Assembly (NCBI GenBank): GCA_016196295.1
Contig: JACPYA010000041.1
Span: forward strand, 1-50,737
Direction of reading: 5' to 3'
Source: Candidatus Peregrinibacteria bacterium
GTDB taxonomy: Bacteria > Patescibacteriota > Gracilibacteria > Peribacterales > Peribacteraceae
DNA: 50,737 nucleotides
Shown: piece by piece, positions 28,880 through 37,905 of the stretch
Position numbering within the stretch: the stretch's first letter is position 1
Layout: every line of letters starts with the position of its first letter
Program-made: the position numbers and the translations under genes
Notes under the pieces: generated by a model
What the model was told of the DNA's origin: nothing
Database searches by the model: none
Seen by the model: the letters and a program-made list of their open reading frames with translations, nothing else

Positions 28880-29003
28880 GGGAGACGCGTCCTGCGTTCT
28901 CCCGAGGAGGGCTCTTTTCTGCAGCGCTACACTTGCCTCCGTACGGCTGTCGCGCTCCATCCGGAGGGTCACAATGGTCACTGGAAATTATATTTACTAT
29001 TCT

Positions 29004-29210
29004 GTCAATCCGCCTTCGTCCCGCAAGTGCGGGACTGCGCCGGACAAGGGGCTTTTGTGTTGTGGCATTGCAAGCGAAGCCGATGGTTTGACCCGCCCGA
29101 ACGATCTGATCGTTCGGATCGGGGCGGGTTCCCCGGAGCGTGCTCCGCAAGGGGGAGTCCAGAGCCCTGCCTGCCGGCAGGCAGGTTGCTCCGGGATTCA
29201 TACCAATGAT
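29004..29210. mobile_element. ~190-bp multi-hairpin non-coding element, copy B, with an extra 20-bp palindrome
   Basis: Inverted copy of 14210-14395; cctgcctgccggcaggcagg inserted at 29166-29185. Confidence 0.7.
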
Positions 29211-29244
29211 CAGTGTGCCGCATCGATTGCCCGCTCACGTGTCC

Positions 29245-30045
29245 TTACCAGTCGAGAAACCAGAAGAAGTGCCTCCTTCTCTTGGCGGGCGTCCCCCCCA
29301 CGCTCGCGGCGGGCTTCACCTCCACGCCGACCCAGTTCCACTGAGCGGCACTTGTCCCGAACGCATCAAAATTCATGGTGACGGCTGTGCCAGACGGGGT
29401 TGTGTCGGAAGCCTTGTTCACCGCAAGCCCAGAGATTAACCCACTAAGATGGAAGGGATCTTCCGTGTCCGTTGAGGTAGGGGATCCCAAGGCGTTCCAG
29501 TCGTCCGCACAGCCAAATCCGCGCGAGTTATTCACGGTTGATGTGTAGATCGTGGGGGTGATGTTGTTGGTGTTGGAGTCCCCCTCGCCGCTCGCTCCGA
29601 TGGGGGAAGAGGTGTCGTGGCCCGTGATCACGTACACCTTGATCGCTTTGGCAAGCTTACTGGAGTTCGATGTCGCAGAGACGGTCATGCCCGTCCGTCC
29701 AGTCGTGAGCAGGGCGTACGCAGCAGCGGCGTTACCATCTGAGATGCTGCTCTCGAATCCGTCTCGCGAAACGATTTCCGTCCACGTCAGTGCAGCACCA
29801 TTGTTGGTTATCGTGATCGTCACGTCCTCGTCGTTCAAAGAGTCGCTAAGCACACAGACAAGGAGCAGCGAGGAATCCGGTGGGTTGAACGCTGCCGAGG
29901 TGACTGACGTAGAGTCTAGCGCTACGAGCGCAGGAGTTGAGGCATCGATCGCGATGGCTGCCTGCGCAATCGTTGGCAGCAACACACTGCAGATCGTCAG
30001 CAAAGAAACAAGGAAGCGCCGTACGTCTGTCCTCGTGATCATCAT
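29245..30045 (-). CDS. Secreted protein; standalone copy of the C-terminal domain of 30294-35024
   Basis: Signal peptide; shares FNPP..LLLV, SPIGASGEG.S.TNNITP..YTSTV.NS.GFG and WNWVG.EV with its neighbour. Confidence 0.75.
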   Translation of the reverse strand: MMITRTDVRRFLVSLLTICSVLLPTIAQAAIAIDASTPALVALDSTSVTSAAFNPPDSSLLLVCVLSDSLNDEDVTITITNNGAALTWTEIVSRDGFESSISDGNAAAAYALLTTGRTGMTVSATSNSSKLAKAIKVYVITGHDTSSPIGASGEGDSNTNNITPTIYTSTVNNSRGFGCADDWNALGSPTSTDTEDPFHLSGLISGLAVNKASDTTPSGTAVTMNFDAFGTSAAQWNWVGVEVKPAASVGGTPAKRRRHFFWFLDW

Positions 30046-30197
30046 GCCGATACGAAATGAACGCGCGGTCGTACGGATCATGCTGCTGGGAGAATTACCA
30101 TACACGATCAACTGTTCCGGCGGAAGCCGGAAGCAGTTGACAGGTCGCCATACGGCTTCGCGATATAAACGCAACGGATGTTTCATGCCGTGTTACA

Positions 30198-30231
30198 AAT
30201 AGCGGCGTAGCGATGTCGCTTCGCCGCTATT
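30198..30231. repeat. Intergenic hairpin (terminator or REP-like)
   Basis: aatagcggcgtagc-gatgtc-gcttcgccgctatt. Confidence 0.5.
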
Positions 30232-30293
30232 GATGATGTATTGCATGAGTCATTAATGATGTTTATATCGCAGAGCCGTATCAGATCTTGTCC

Positions 30294-33200
30294 TTAATTT
30301 CCCGGCCGTACTTCAAAGCCCACCCAGTTCCATTTCGTGGCAGCCGTGCCCGCAGCATCGAAATTCATTGTGACCGACGTTCCTGCCCCGGCGGTGCTGG
30401 CCGCTTTGGAGGCACTCAACCCAGAAACAAGGCCCGCGACGTGGAAGGCATCTTCCTCGTCCGTTGAACTAGGAAATCCGGAGGCATTCCAATCAGCGGC
30501 CACGCCGAACCCAAGGGAGTTTGATACTGTTGATGTATAGAGAGAGGGAGTGATGTTATTGGTCGTGGAGCTGCCTTCGCCGGAGGCTCCGATCGGGCTA
30601 ACAGTGTTGTGGCCGCTCACCACATAGACCTTCATCGATAGTCTCTTCGCTTGATCGGTCATCGTTGCCGTGACCGTCATGCCGGTTCGTCCGGTGGGGA
30701 GCAGAGCATAGAAGGCACTGGCCTCTCCTTCCTGCGCTCCAGGATCGACAATACTTCGTTCCCGAATGAGCGTCCACGGAATGGCGGTTCCATTGTTCGT
30801 GATGGCAATATTGGGGTCACTCCCTATTGCTGCATCTGCGGAGATCAAGACCAGAAGGAGAGCATTGTTCGGAGGATTAAACAAGGCTGTCGTAACAGAC
30901 GTATCGCCGGTCACGCGGGCCGGACTGGAGGGATCAATGATGATAGTCCCCGTCGTCTGCGTATTCGCCGTCGTCACCGTGACCGACGAAGCAGCGGTAT
31001 TCCCCGCCGCATCCCGCGCACGTGCCGTGAGGGTATGACTGCCATTACTCGCTGTCGTCGTGTTCCAACTGATGCTGTAGGGGGAGGTCGTGTCTTCCGT
31101 TCCAAGGTTCGCGCCGTCGAGGAGGAATTGCACCCCGGCGACGCCCACGTCATCCACGGCAGTGGCGGCAACCGTCACGGCGCCCGTCACCGTTGCCCCG
31201 TTCGCAGGAGCGGTCATGGAGACTGCGGGGGGAGTGGTATCAACGACGTTACTCACTGTCACGTTCACAATGGCAGATGCCATCTGATTCCCCGCAGCAT
31301 CTCGTGCACGTGCCGTGAGCGTATGGCTCCCGTTTGTCGCAGTGGTGGTGTTCCATGACACCGAGTACGGACTGGTTGTGTCTTCTGCACTCAGGTTCAC
31401 CCCATCGAGGAGGAACTGGACACCGGTGACGCCGACGTTATCTGCAGCATTCGCGGAAACGATGATGATACCTGAGGCTGTTGCTCCGTTGCTGGGACTC
31501 GTGACGGAGACGGCGGGGGGGAGGGTATCGGGAGTGCCGGAGAACGTCAGCGTGAAAACGCTGTTCCCCGGAGCTGTGAACGAGAAGGCGTTACCGCTGA
31601 CAGGGATATCCGCACCGCGGGTGAAGTTGTTGGAGTTGTCCGTGACGTAAAACTCCAGCATGGGGACAGCCGGCAGGTTCGCCAGCGTCGCCGAGAAGTT
31701 CACGTCTCCAGCGCCGGCATTGCGGCCGACAATCGTTACGCGACCGGTGGCGGAATGATGGAAGGCGTAGATCGTCACGTTACCGTTCCCTTCATTCGCC
31801 GCGATCCTCCGCGATCCTCCAGGGACGAACTTGAAGAGCTGTGCGAATTCATAGAAGGCCTTGCGCGGTGTGTACGTGCGTGTTCCGGTATCGTAGGAAA
31901 GGAGCGCCGTCCCATTGCCGACGTCATTCGGCGGCGTCGAGCCGCGGCCGGCGCGGGTCGCGTGGTTGTAGACGCTATCGTAGCCGTCCCAGACGAGGAT
32001 GGCCGAAGGGCCCTGGCCGATGTGCGCGAGCGTATCCCAGATATTAGAGACTTCCGTAATCCAGAAGTTCTTACCGGGGGGCATGGCAGCTCCTGCACCG
32101 CAGGAATCGCCGGCGTAATTATGGAAGGAGAAGTGATCCAATTTATTCATCACCGTGGCATTGCCGGTAATTTCCGGCACGTAGCTGTTCACGCCGGTGC
32201 AGACAGCCGCAGTGTCCGGGCCGACGAGGCGCAGATCGCCGAGGCCGATGGCATCGAGTTTGTTCGCCAATTTCTCGAACACGCGCGGCAACTGGAACGC
32301 ATCCATGCGGACGCCTTCGTAGATATCCCAGTCGGGCTCGTTGGTCGGGGCGAAGAGCCCGAACTGCAAGCCGCGATTGTTGCGGGCATAAGAGGCGACA
32401 GCGGTGACGGTTTCGACCCATTCGTCCTCCGCTGTCGCTGTGGGGAGATCGGAGCCGCCGTTCCACAACGGGCCGCGACCCATGAAGTTCAGCATGAGAT
32501 TGTTCGTAATCCCCTTGCTGTTGAGGTACGCCATCGTCGCCCACAGCTCTTCGAATTTCGGCGTCGAGAAGAGGGAATTATAGTACGTCCAATCATAGAC
32601 GGCGGGGTCGGCATTGTCGTTCGCCTGCTCCCAGTCGGCCTCGTCGATGATCACGCGAAAGAGAGTGGAGCCGTTCTGATCGACCAGCATGTCGAGGGCA
32701 GGGCGCAGCTCGCCGTTGTCCCAACTTGCGGCATTCGCGCTGACGCCGAACCCGTCGATCGCCTGGAACTGCACGGCGCCATCAAGGGTAAGGGGTGTTC
32801 CGCCGCCGTTGCTCACCGTGACATTCACGACATTCGATGCCGCCACATTGCCGGCTTGATCCGTCGCCACGGCGGAGAGCTGATGACTGCCATTGGGGAC
32901 TGTCGCGGTATTCCACGAGATGGAATAGGGAGCAACTGTATCCGGAACGCCGAGATTTCCTCCATCCAATTTGAATTGCACGCTTGCGACACTGACATTA
33001 TCACTCGCCGTGGCGGCAACGCCTATGCTTCCACTCACGGTTGCCCCATTGAGGGGAGATGTGACGGAAACCGCGGGGGGCGTCGTATCGGGATTGCTGA
33101 CCGTCACGCTCACGGTCGTCGATGTCGTCTGATTTCCGGCTGCGTCCCGCGCGCGTGCCGCGAGGGTGTGATTGCCGTTGCTCGCGGTCGTGGTGTTCCA

Positions 33201-35024
33201 GGAGACGCTGTAGGGAGACGCGGTATCTTCGCTCCCAAGGTTCGCCCCATCGAGGAAGAATTGGACTCCCGCAACGCCGACATTGTCCGCCGCCGCCGCA
33301 TCGACGTTCACCGCAGCGGAGAGGGTCGAACCGCTTGCGGGAGCCGTAATGGAAACCGTTGGCGCGCTTGTATCGTTTTCCACGGCAACGTTCACAACCG
33401 CTGAGCTCGTGATATTTCCCGCTGCGTCCCTCGCCACGGCGGTGAGGCCATGGGGTCCATTTATCGCCGTCAGGGTGTTCCAGGAGACGCTGTAGGGCGA
33501 GGCCGTATCCTCGGGCCCAAGGTCCTGGCCATCGAGCTTGAACTGGACGCCGGCAACGGACACGTTGTCTGTCGCATTCGCTGCAACGTTCACGACATTC
33601 GTCACCGTGCTGCCGTCAGAGGGAGCTGTCAGAGATACAGCCGGAGGCTCGCTGTCGAGATTTTGGACGATCACGTTGACGATCTGCGATGTCGTGCTGT
33701 TGCCAGCCGCATCGCGCGCGACGGCGGTCAGCTGGTGCGATCCTTCCGATGCCGTCGTGGTGTTCCACGAGATCGAATAGGGCGATGTTGTGTCCTCGGC
33801 TCCCAGGTTTATTCCATCCAATTTGAATTGCACGCCGGCAACGGAGATGTTATCGGACGCAGTCACGTTGATCGAAATCGTTCCCGCAAGAACGGACCCT
33901 TCGATGGGCACAGTGACCGAGACGCTCGGCGGTGTCGTGTCGGCATTCTGCACGGTAACTGTCACGACGGACGACGTGGTGACATTGCCGGCCGCATCGC
34001 GCGCGACGGCGGTCAGCTGGTGCGATCCTTCCGATGCCGTCGTGGTGTTCCACGAGATCGAATAGGGCGATGTTGTGTCCTCGGCTCCCAGGTTTATTCC
34101 ATCCAATTTGAATTGCACGCCGGTGACGGAGACGTTGTCCGTCGCGGTTGCCGCCACGGACACGGAACCCGCGACGGTCGCGCCTTCCGTCGGAGCAGTC
34201 ACGGAGACAGCGGGAGGCGTGGTATCGGGGGCCGAGTCTACGGGCGTATTCATGTCCGCTTGGATCTCGGTGGCGCTGAGCGCGCGCTTGTAGATGCGCA
34301 CTTCATCGATTTGGCCCCGGAAGTATTCGCCCCATACGGCATTGCCGCCGATGCGCAGCGGGTCGTTCGAGGTCGTGATGCTGCCCGTGCGCGCGGTGCT
34401 TCGGATCAGGTTTCCATTCAGATAGAGACGCAGTGAAGATGCATCATATGTCACCGCGAGGTGCGACCACGCGTTCGTCGGGAGCGACGCTGAACCGTAC
34501 ACTGCCGGGTAGGAAGATCCCCCGCTCCGCAAGAAGCCGGAGGGAACGTTGCCTTCATTGCCGGAATTGGCATAGAGAGCGTAGGAAAGTTCTCCCGGCA
34601 CTTCCTTGAGGATCACCGTGCGCCAGCCAATCGAAGCCGTCGGTCGCACCCACGCCTCCATGGTCATGCCCGTCGTCAGATCCAGCGATCCGTTCGGATT
34701 GTCGGTGATATTGACCCGGTCGTTGCTGCCGTCGAAATTGAGCGCAGAAGCGCCATACTTCTTGTCCGTCGTCGTCCACGTGGCTTGGAAGATCGATCCG
34801 TTGTTATTATTCCCAGAAATGTCATTGAGCGTTGCGCCGGATCCCTCGTTGAATCCGTACGCGGCGACGAGATCGCTCGCTGCTTGCGCTTGAAGGCGCA
34901 CGAGCGGGAAGACAGGAGGTACGACGAAAACGAAGGCAAGCAGAACAATGCAGATTGCCGCAAGGCGATCGCGACTGGGAAGAACGAGACGCATGAAAGT
35001 GGAGGGAAACGAGTTGGGGCGCAT
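30294..35024 (-). CDS. Large secreted protein: LamG domain, multiple Ig-like repeats, clan GH-A (GH30-like) hydrolase, further Ig repeats, C-terminal domain
   Basis: LamG WSHLAVTYD and F.G.IDEVRIY.RALS; about seven DT.PP.VS.TAP...A.DNV.V.GVQF.LDG repeats; Q.IDGFGVS, NEP and ITE motifs. Confidence 0.85.
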   Translation of the reverse strand: MRPNSFPSTFMRLVLPSRDRLAAICIVLLAFVFVVPPVFPLVRLQAQAASDLVAAYGFNEGSGATLNDISGNNNNGSIFQATWTTTDKKYGASALNFDGSNDRVNITDNPNGSLDLTTGMTMEAWVRPTASIGWRTVILKEVPGELSYALYANSGNEGNVPSGFLRSGGSSYPAVYGSASLPTNAWSHLAVTYDASSLRLYLNGNLIRSTARTGSITTSNDPLRIGGNAVWGEYFRGQIDEVRIYKRALSATEIQADMNTPVDSAPDTTPPAVSVTAPTEGATVAGSVSVAATATDNVSVTGVQFKLDGINLGAEDTTSPYSISWNTTTASEGSHQLTAVARDAAGNVTTSSVVTVTVQNADTTPPSVSVTVPIEGSVLAGTISINVTASDNISVAGVQFKLDGINLGAEDTTSPYSISWNTTTASEGSHQLTAVARDAAGNSTTSQIVNVIVQNLDSEPPAVSLTAPSDGSTVTNVVNVAANATDNVSVAGVQFKLDGQDLGPEDTASPYSVSWNTLTAINGPHGLTAVARDAAGNITSSAVVNVAVENDTSAPTVSITAPASGSTLSAAVNVDAAAADNVGVAGVQFFLDGANLGSEDTASPYSVSWNTTTASNGNHTLAARARDAAGNQTTSTTVSVTVSNPDTTPPAVSVTSPLNGATVSGSIGVAATASDNVSVASVQFKLDGGNLGVPDTVAPYSISWNTATVPNGSHQLSAVATDQAGNVAASNVVNVTVSNGGGTPLTLDGAVQFQAIDGFGVSANAASWDNGELRPALDMLVDQNGSTLFRVIIDEADWEQANDNADPAVYDWTYYNSLFSTPKFEELWATMAYLNSKGITNNLMLNFMGRGPLWNGGSDLPTATAEDEWVETVTAVASYARNNRGLQFGLFAPTNEPDWDIYEGVRMDAFQLPRVFEKLANKLDAIGLGDLRLVGPDTAAVCTGVNSYVPEITGNATVMNKLDHFSFHNYAGDSCGAGAAMPPGKNFWITEVSNIWDTLAHIGQGPSAILVWDGYDSVYNHATRAGRGSTPPNDVGNGTALLSYDTGTRTYTPRKAFYEFAQLFKFVPGGSRRIAANEGNGNVTIYAFHHSATGRVTIVGRNAGAGDVNFSATLANLPAVPMLEFYVTDNSNNFTRGADIPVSGNAFSFTAPGNSVFTLTFSGTPDTLPPAVSVTSPSNGATASGIIIVSANAADNVGVTGVQFLLDGVNLSAEDTTSPYSVSWNTTTATNGSHTLTARARDAAGNQMASAIVNVTVSNVVDTTPPAVSMTAPANGATVTGAVTVAATAVDDVGVAGVQFLLDGANLGTEDTTSPYSISWNTTTASNGSHTLTARARDAAGNTAASSVTVTTANTQTTGTIIIDPSSPARVTGDTSVTTALFNPPNNALLLVLISADAAIGSDPNIAITNNGTAIPWTLIRERSIVDPGAQEGEASAFYALLPTGRTGMTVTATMTDQAKRLSMKVYVVSGHNTVSPIGASGEGSSTTNNITPSLYTSTVSNSLGFGVAADWNASGFPSSTDEEDAFHVAGLVSGLSASKAASTAGAGTSVTMNFDAAGTAATKWNWVGFEVRPGN

Positions 35025-35066
35025 GATGCCCCTCCAAACCCCCTTTGTACAGACCTACATTTTGAA

Positions 35067-35138
35067 TGGCGGAGAGGGAGGGTCTGCTTCGCGCTTTTGC
35101 TCTGCAAAGCTACGCAAGGCAGAGAGCTACGCAGACCA
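35067..35138 (-). repeat. tRNA-Ser(GCT)-type 3' end plus nested palindrome
   Basis: Same as 15376-15415 with an extra ~30-bp internal insert. Confidence 0.75.
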
Positions 35139-35378
35139 GAAATGTCGTTTTGCGAATGAATATCCAGAGCCTTGTTTTAGATAACGTTCAAATATCTCGG
35201 CTTTCTGTCGGTCTGAAAAAGTTACGACAACTTCGATTTTCCACGGAACATGCGGGCTTGTTGTTTTAGTCAGTGTGCGATTGTGCTCATCCATTCGCAC
35301 ACGAGGATCTTTGGTTGTGTATCCTACATATGTCATCCGGGGATTTTTGATGCTTCGCAGAAGATATACGTGATACAT
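35127..35378 (-). CDS. Small GIY-YIG nuclease family protein
   Basis: MYHVYLLRS...TYVGYT...R..EHN...T....PW...A..FERYLK.GSG. Confidence 0.9.
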   Translation of the reverse strand: MYHVYLLRSIKNPRMTYVGYTTKDPRVRMDEHNRTLTKTTSPHVPWKIEVVVTFSDRQKAEIFERYLKQGSGYSFAKRHFWSA

Positions 35379-35405
35379 AGTTCCCTATCGTAGCCAATTC
35401 TGCAA

Positions 35406-35589
35406 AGCTTGCGAAGTAGGATGGCGGTTCTTCTCCGCAAGCTACGAAGAACATTCACTTGCATTGCTCTGCACGAGATCCTACGTAGCTTGCGAAGTAG
35501 GATGGCGGTTCTTCTCCGCAAGCTACGAAGAACATTCACTTGCATTGCTCTGCACGAGATCCTACGTAGCTTGCGAAGTAGGATGGCGG
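35406..35589. repeat. 81-bp perfect tandem repeat (x2.3) that includes the tRNA 3' end
   Basis: Units start at 35406, 35487 and 35568; each carries CCGCCA (minus strand) and CTTCG/CTACG hairpins. Confidence 0.9.
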
Positions 35590-35673
35590 AAGCGGGAGGA
35601 TTCGAACCTCCGATGCTCTTGCGAGCATACCTGTTTTCAAGACAGGCCCGATCAACCACTCCGGCACGCTTCC
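35584..35673 (-). tRNA. tRNA-Ser(TGA)
   Basis: GGAAGCG/CGCTTCC acceptor, CCTGT-ctTGAaa-ACAGG anticodon arm, long variable arm, GTTCGAATC, G-CCA. Confidence 0.96.
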
Positions 35674-35691
35674 AAAATAATGATAGCAAAT

Positions 35692-35745
35692 TGGTGCGGG
35701 GCAAGCCGTCGCCTTAAACCACTCGGGGCCGAAGGCCACCCTTCG
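35692..35745 (-). pseudogene. Degenerate 5' half of another tRNA-Ser-like gene
   Basis: Minus strand GAAGGGTGGC[cttcggcc]CCGAGTGGTTTAAGGCGACGGCTTG then ccccgcacca palindrome arm at the anticodon. Confidence 0.6.
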
Positions 35746-35850
35746 GGTCTCCCTCTCCAGATGGAGCGGAAAGCGTAAAGCAAAGAGCGTAAAGTGCGAA
35801 GGACAGAAAGAAACCGTAAAGCTGAACAGGAGATTTGCTACGATAGGATC

Positions 35851-36210
35851 ATGCATCAAGATAGCCCTTTGAAGAGAAAAACGTACGCATTCGCGTTGCG
35901 CGTGACATTGCTCTGCAAAAAATTGATGGAAGAGAAGAAAGAATATGTTCTGAGTAAACAATTTTTGAAGAGCGCGACGAGTATTGGCGCAAATGTCGCA
36001 GAGGCCCAACATGCGCAAAGCCGAAATGATTTTGCAGCAAAGCTTTCCATTGCCTTGAAAGAAGCCTGGGAAAGCGATTTCTGGATTCATCTTCTCTGTG
36101 ATGCTTCGTATATCGGGCACAGCACAGGAGAGGAACTCTTGAGAGATCTTTCGGAAATCATCGCTCTCCTCACATCGAGCATCAAGACAGCAAGAAAAAA
36201 TTCCCTTTAA
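35851..36210 (+). CDS. Four helix bundle protein (IVS protein/Avd-like), flanked by inverted heptamer arrays
   Basis: K.YAFALR, EYVLSKQFLKSATSIGANVAEA, DF..KLSIALKEA.E..FW; arrays (AAAGCGT)-like 35764-35825 and (CTCTCTG)-like 36211-36256. Confidence 0.92.
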   Translation: MHQDSPLKRKTYAFALRVTLLCKKLMEEKKEYVLSKQFLKSATSIGANVAEAQHAQSRNDFAAKLSIALKEAWESDFWIHLLCDASYIGHSTGEELLRDLSEIIALLTSSIKTARKNSL

Positions 36211-36254
36211 ACTCGCCACTCTCTGCTCTTTGCTCTGCGTTCTACGCTCTCTGC

Positions 36255-37796
36255 TTACTTCTTCGTCTCGATGTTGAAGTTGAACCAGCTGGCATCGGCG
36301 TACGCGCGGTCGGTGACGGCGGCGCCGGATGAGACCATCTTGATCATGAGCGTGATGTAGCTTCCTGACGCAAAGGCTCCCCCCGCTTCCGGTCCCGTGA
36401 TGGTGGCTGTCGTCCACGTCGTCGCCTTCAAGCTGGAGCCGCCCGTGAGAGGGATCGGCGTGTTGTTGGTGTCGAGCGCGCGGACTTCCAGCCAGCCTCC
36501 CGACGCGCGGTAGCGAAACTCCATCGGCTTCGTGCTCTCCCAGCCACTGAACTGGTCGGGGATGCGTACGCGCGAGATGATCCAGTAGTTCTGGTTGCTG
36601 GTCTTCGTCGATTGCCAGCGGTAGAAGTTCACGGTGCTGCCGGAGTCGTAGCGAAGGCCCAGCGAGCCGACGGCGGACGTGGCCGCGCCGCTCTGGAAGT
36701 AGATCGCGTGGGGATATTCCGGGTTCAAGAAGATCATCGATCCGCTGTTGCGGGTCACGGCGGCGGCCTGCGTATCGATGTCCGCGCTCCACGAGAGCTG
36801 TCCGGCGCCATCCGTTTTCAGAACCTTGCCCGATGCGGAACCGTCGAACGCCGGGAAGGTGTAGGTGACCCCGTTGAGACGGATCGTCGATTTGAAGACG
36901 GCCGCGCCGCCGAAGGTCACGGCGCCGGTGGCGCTGAGCGTGCCGGTCGTGTGGACGTCCTCCGAGAATTCAAAACGATCTTCGGCGTTCTTGAACGTCA
37001 CCGTTTCGTTCGTCGTATCGGAGCCGAAGGTCAAGACGGTGTCCGCCGCGGTCTGGTCCGCGTTGATGGTGAAATCTCCTTTCACGCTACCCGCGCCGCC
37101 GATGCTGAGCGCGCCGGATGCGGTGAGAACGCCGGTGGCATGCACATCATCGCTGAATTCGAAGCGGTCTTCCGCGTTCTTGAAGGTCACGGTTTCGTTC
37201 GTCGTATCGGAGCCGAAGGTCAAGACGGTGTCGGCAGCGGTCTGATCCGCGTTGATGGTGATGTCTCCTTTAATGGTGGCGGAACCGCCGATGACGAGTG
37301 CGCCGGACGCGGTGATGACGCCCGTCGCGTTGAGGTCGTCGCTGAACTCAAAGCGGTCTTCGGCGTTGAGGAACTTCAAGGTTTCATTGGTCGAATCGGA
37401 CCCGAAGGTGAGGACGGCATCCGCGGCTCCCGCATCGGCATTGATCGTGAGGTCTGCTTTCGTTTTCACGTTGCCGCTCACGGTGAGCGTTCCCGAACCG
37501 GTGATGTTCCCGTCCGCGCGAATGTCATCCGTGAATCTGAATTCGGCATTTGTCCGATCCCAGTAAATTTTCTCATTCAGCGTCCCGCCGAAGCGCAGTT
37601 CCACGTCCGTCGTCGAGTCACCCTCATCGATCGTCTGGAAGGATTCCGTGTTCACCAGCAGCGTCGGGCTCCACGCGGACGTGGCTGCGAGAGCTCGCGG
37701 GACACTTGCGAGAAGACCGCTCACGAAGAGAGCGAGAGCCGCGCTCGTCATGCGTTTCTTCAAGAGGAATGCCACGGTGCGTTTGGGTGTGTGCAT
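36255..37796 (-). CDS. Secreted beta-rich fibre/adhesin-like protein with three 63-aa repeats
   Basis: Signal peptide; WSPTLLVNTESFQ domain; 189-bp repeat period; TYTFP..DG..G.VLKTDGAG.LSW fibre-type motif. Confidence 0.75.
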   Translation of the reverse strand: MHTPKRTVAFLLKKRMTSAALALFVSGLLASVPRALAATSAWSPTLLVNTESFQTIDEGDSTTDVELRFGGTLNEKIYWDRTNAEFRFTDDIRADGNITGSGTLTVSGNVKTKADLTINADAGAADAVLTFGSDSTNETLKFLNAEDRFEFSDDLNATGVITASGALVIGGSATIKGDITINADQTAADTVLTFGSDTTNETVTFKNAEDRFEFSDDVHATGVLTASGALSIGGAGSVKGDFTINADQTAADTVLTFGSDTTNETVTFKNAEDRFEFSEDVHTTGTLSATGAVTFGGAAVFKSTIRLNGVTYTFPAFDGSASGKVLKTDGAGQLSWSADIDTQAAAVTRNSGSMIFLNPEYPHAIYFQSGAATSAVGSLGLRYDSGSTVNFYRWQSTKTSNQNYWIISRVRIPDQFSGWESTKPMEFRYRASGGWLEVRALDTNNTPIPLTGGSSLKATTWTTATITGPEAGGAFASGSYITLMIKMVSSGAAVTDRAYADASWFNFNIETKK

Positions 37797-37819
37797 GTGT
37801 GTGTGCAATGGTTCTCACC

Positions 37820-37875
37820 AGTATAGCAAAATAGACATTCTTCTGCAATCCTCCTTATATTGACAGATCCGTCAA
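37820..37875 (-). promoter_or_regulatory. Putative sigma70 promoter plus upstream palindrome
   Basis: TTGCAG-17 nt-TATACT (37848-37820) with TG extension; TTGAC-N6-GTCAA at 37860-37875. Confidence 0.55.
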
Positions 37876-37905
37876 ATATGATTTTTAATTCCTCTAGGCT
37901 ATACG

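Noticed and set aside
35406..35589. CRISPR array
   Set aside because: Units are identical along their whole length with no unique spacers, and there are no cas1/cas2 genes; the Cas4-like gene is 19 kb away.
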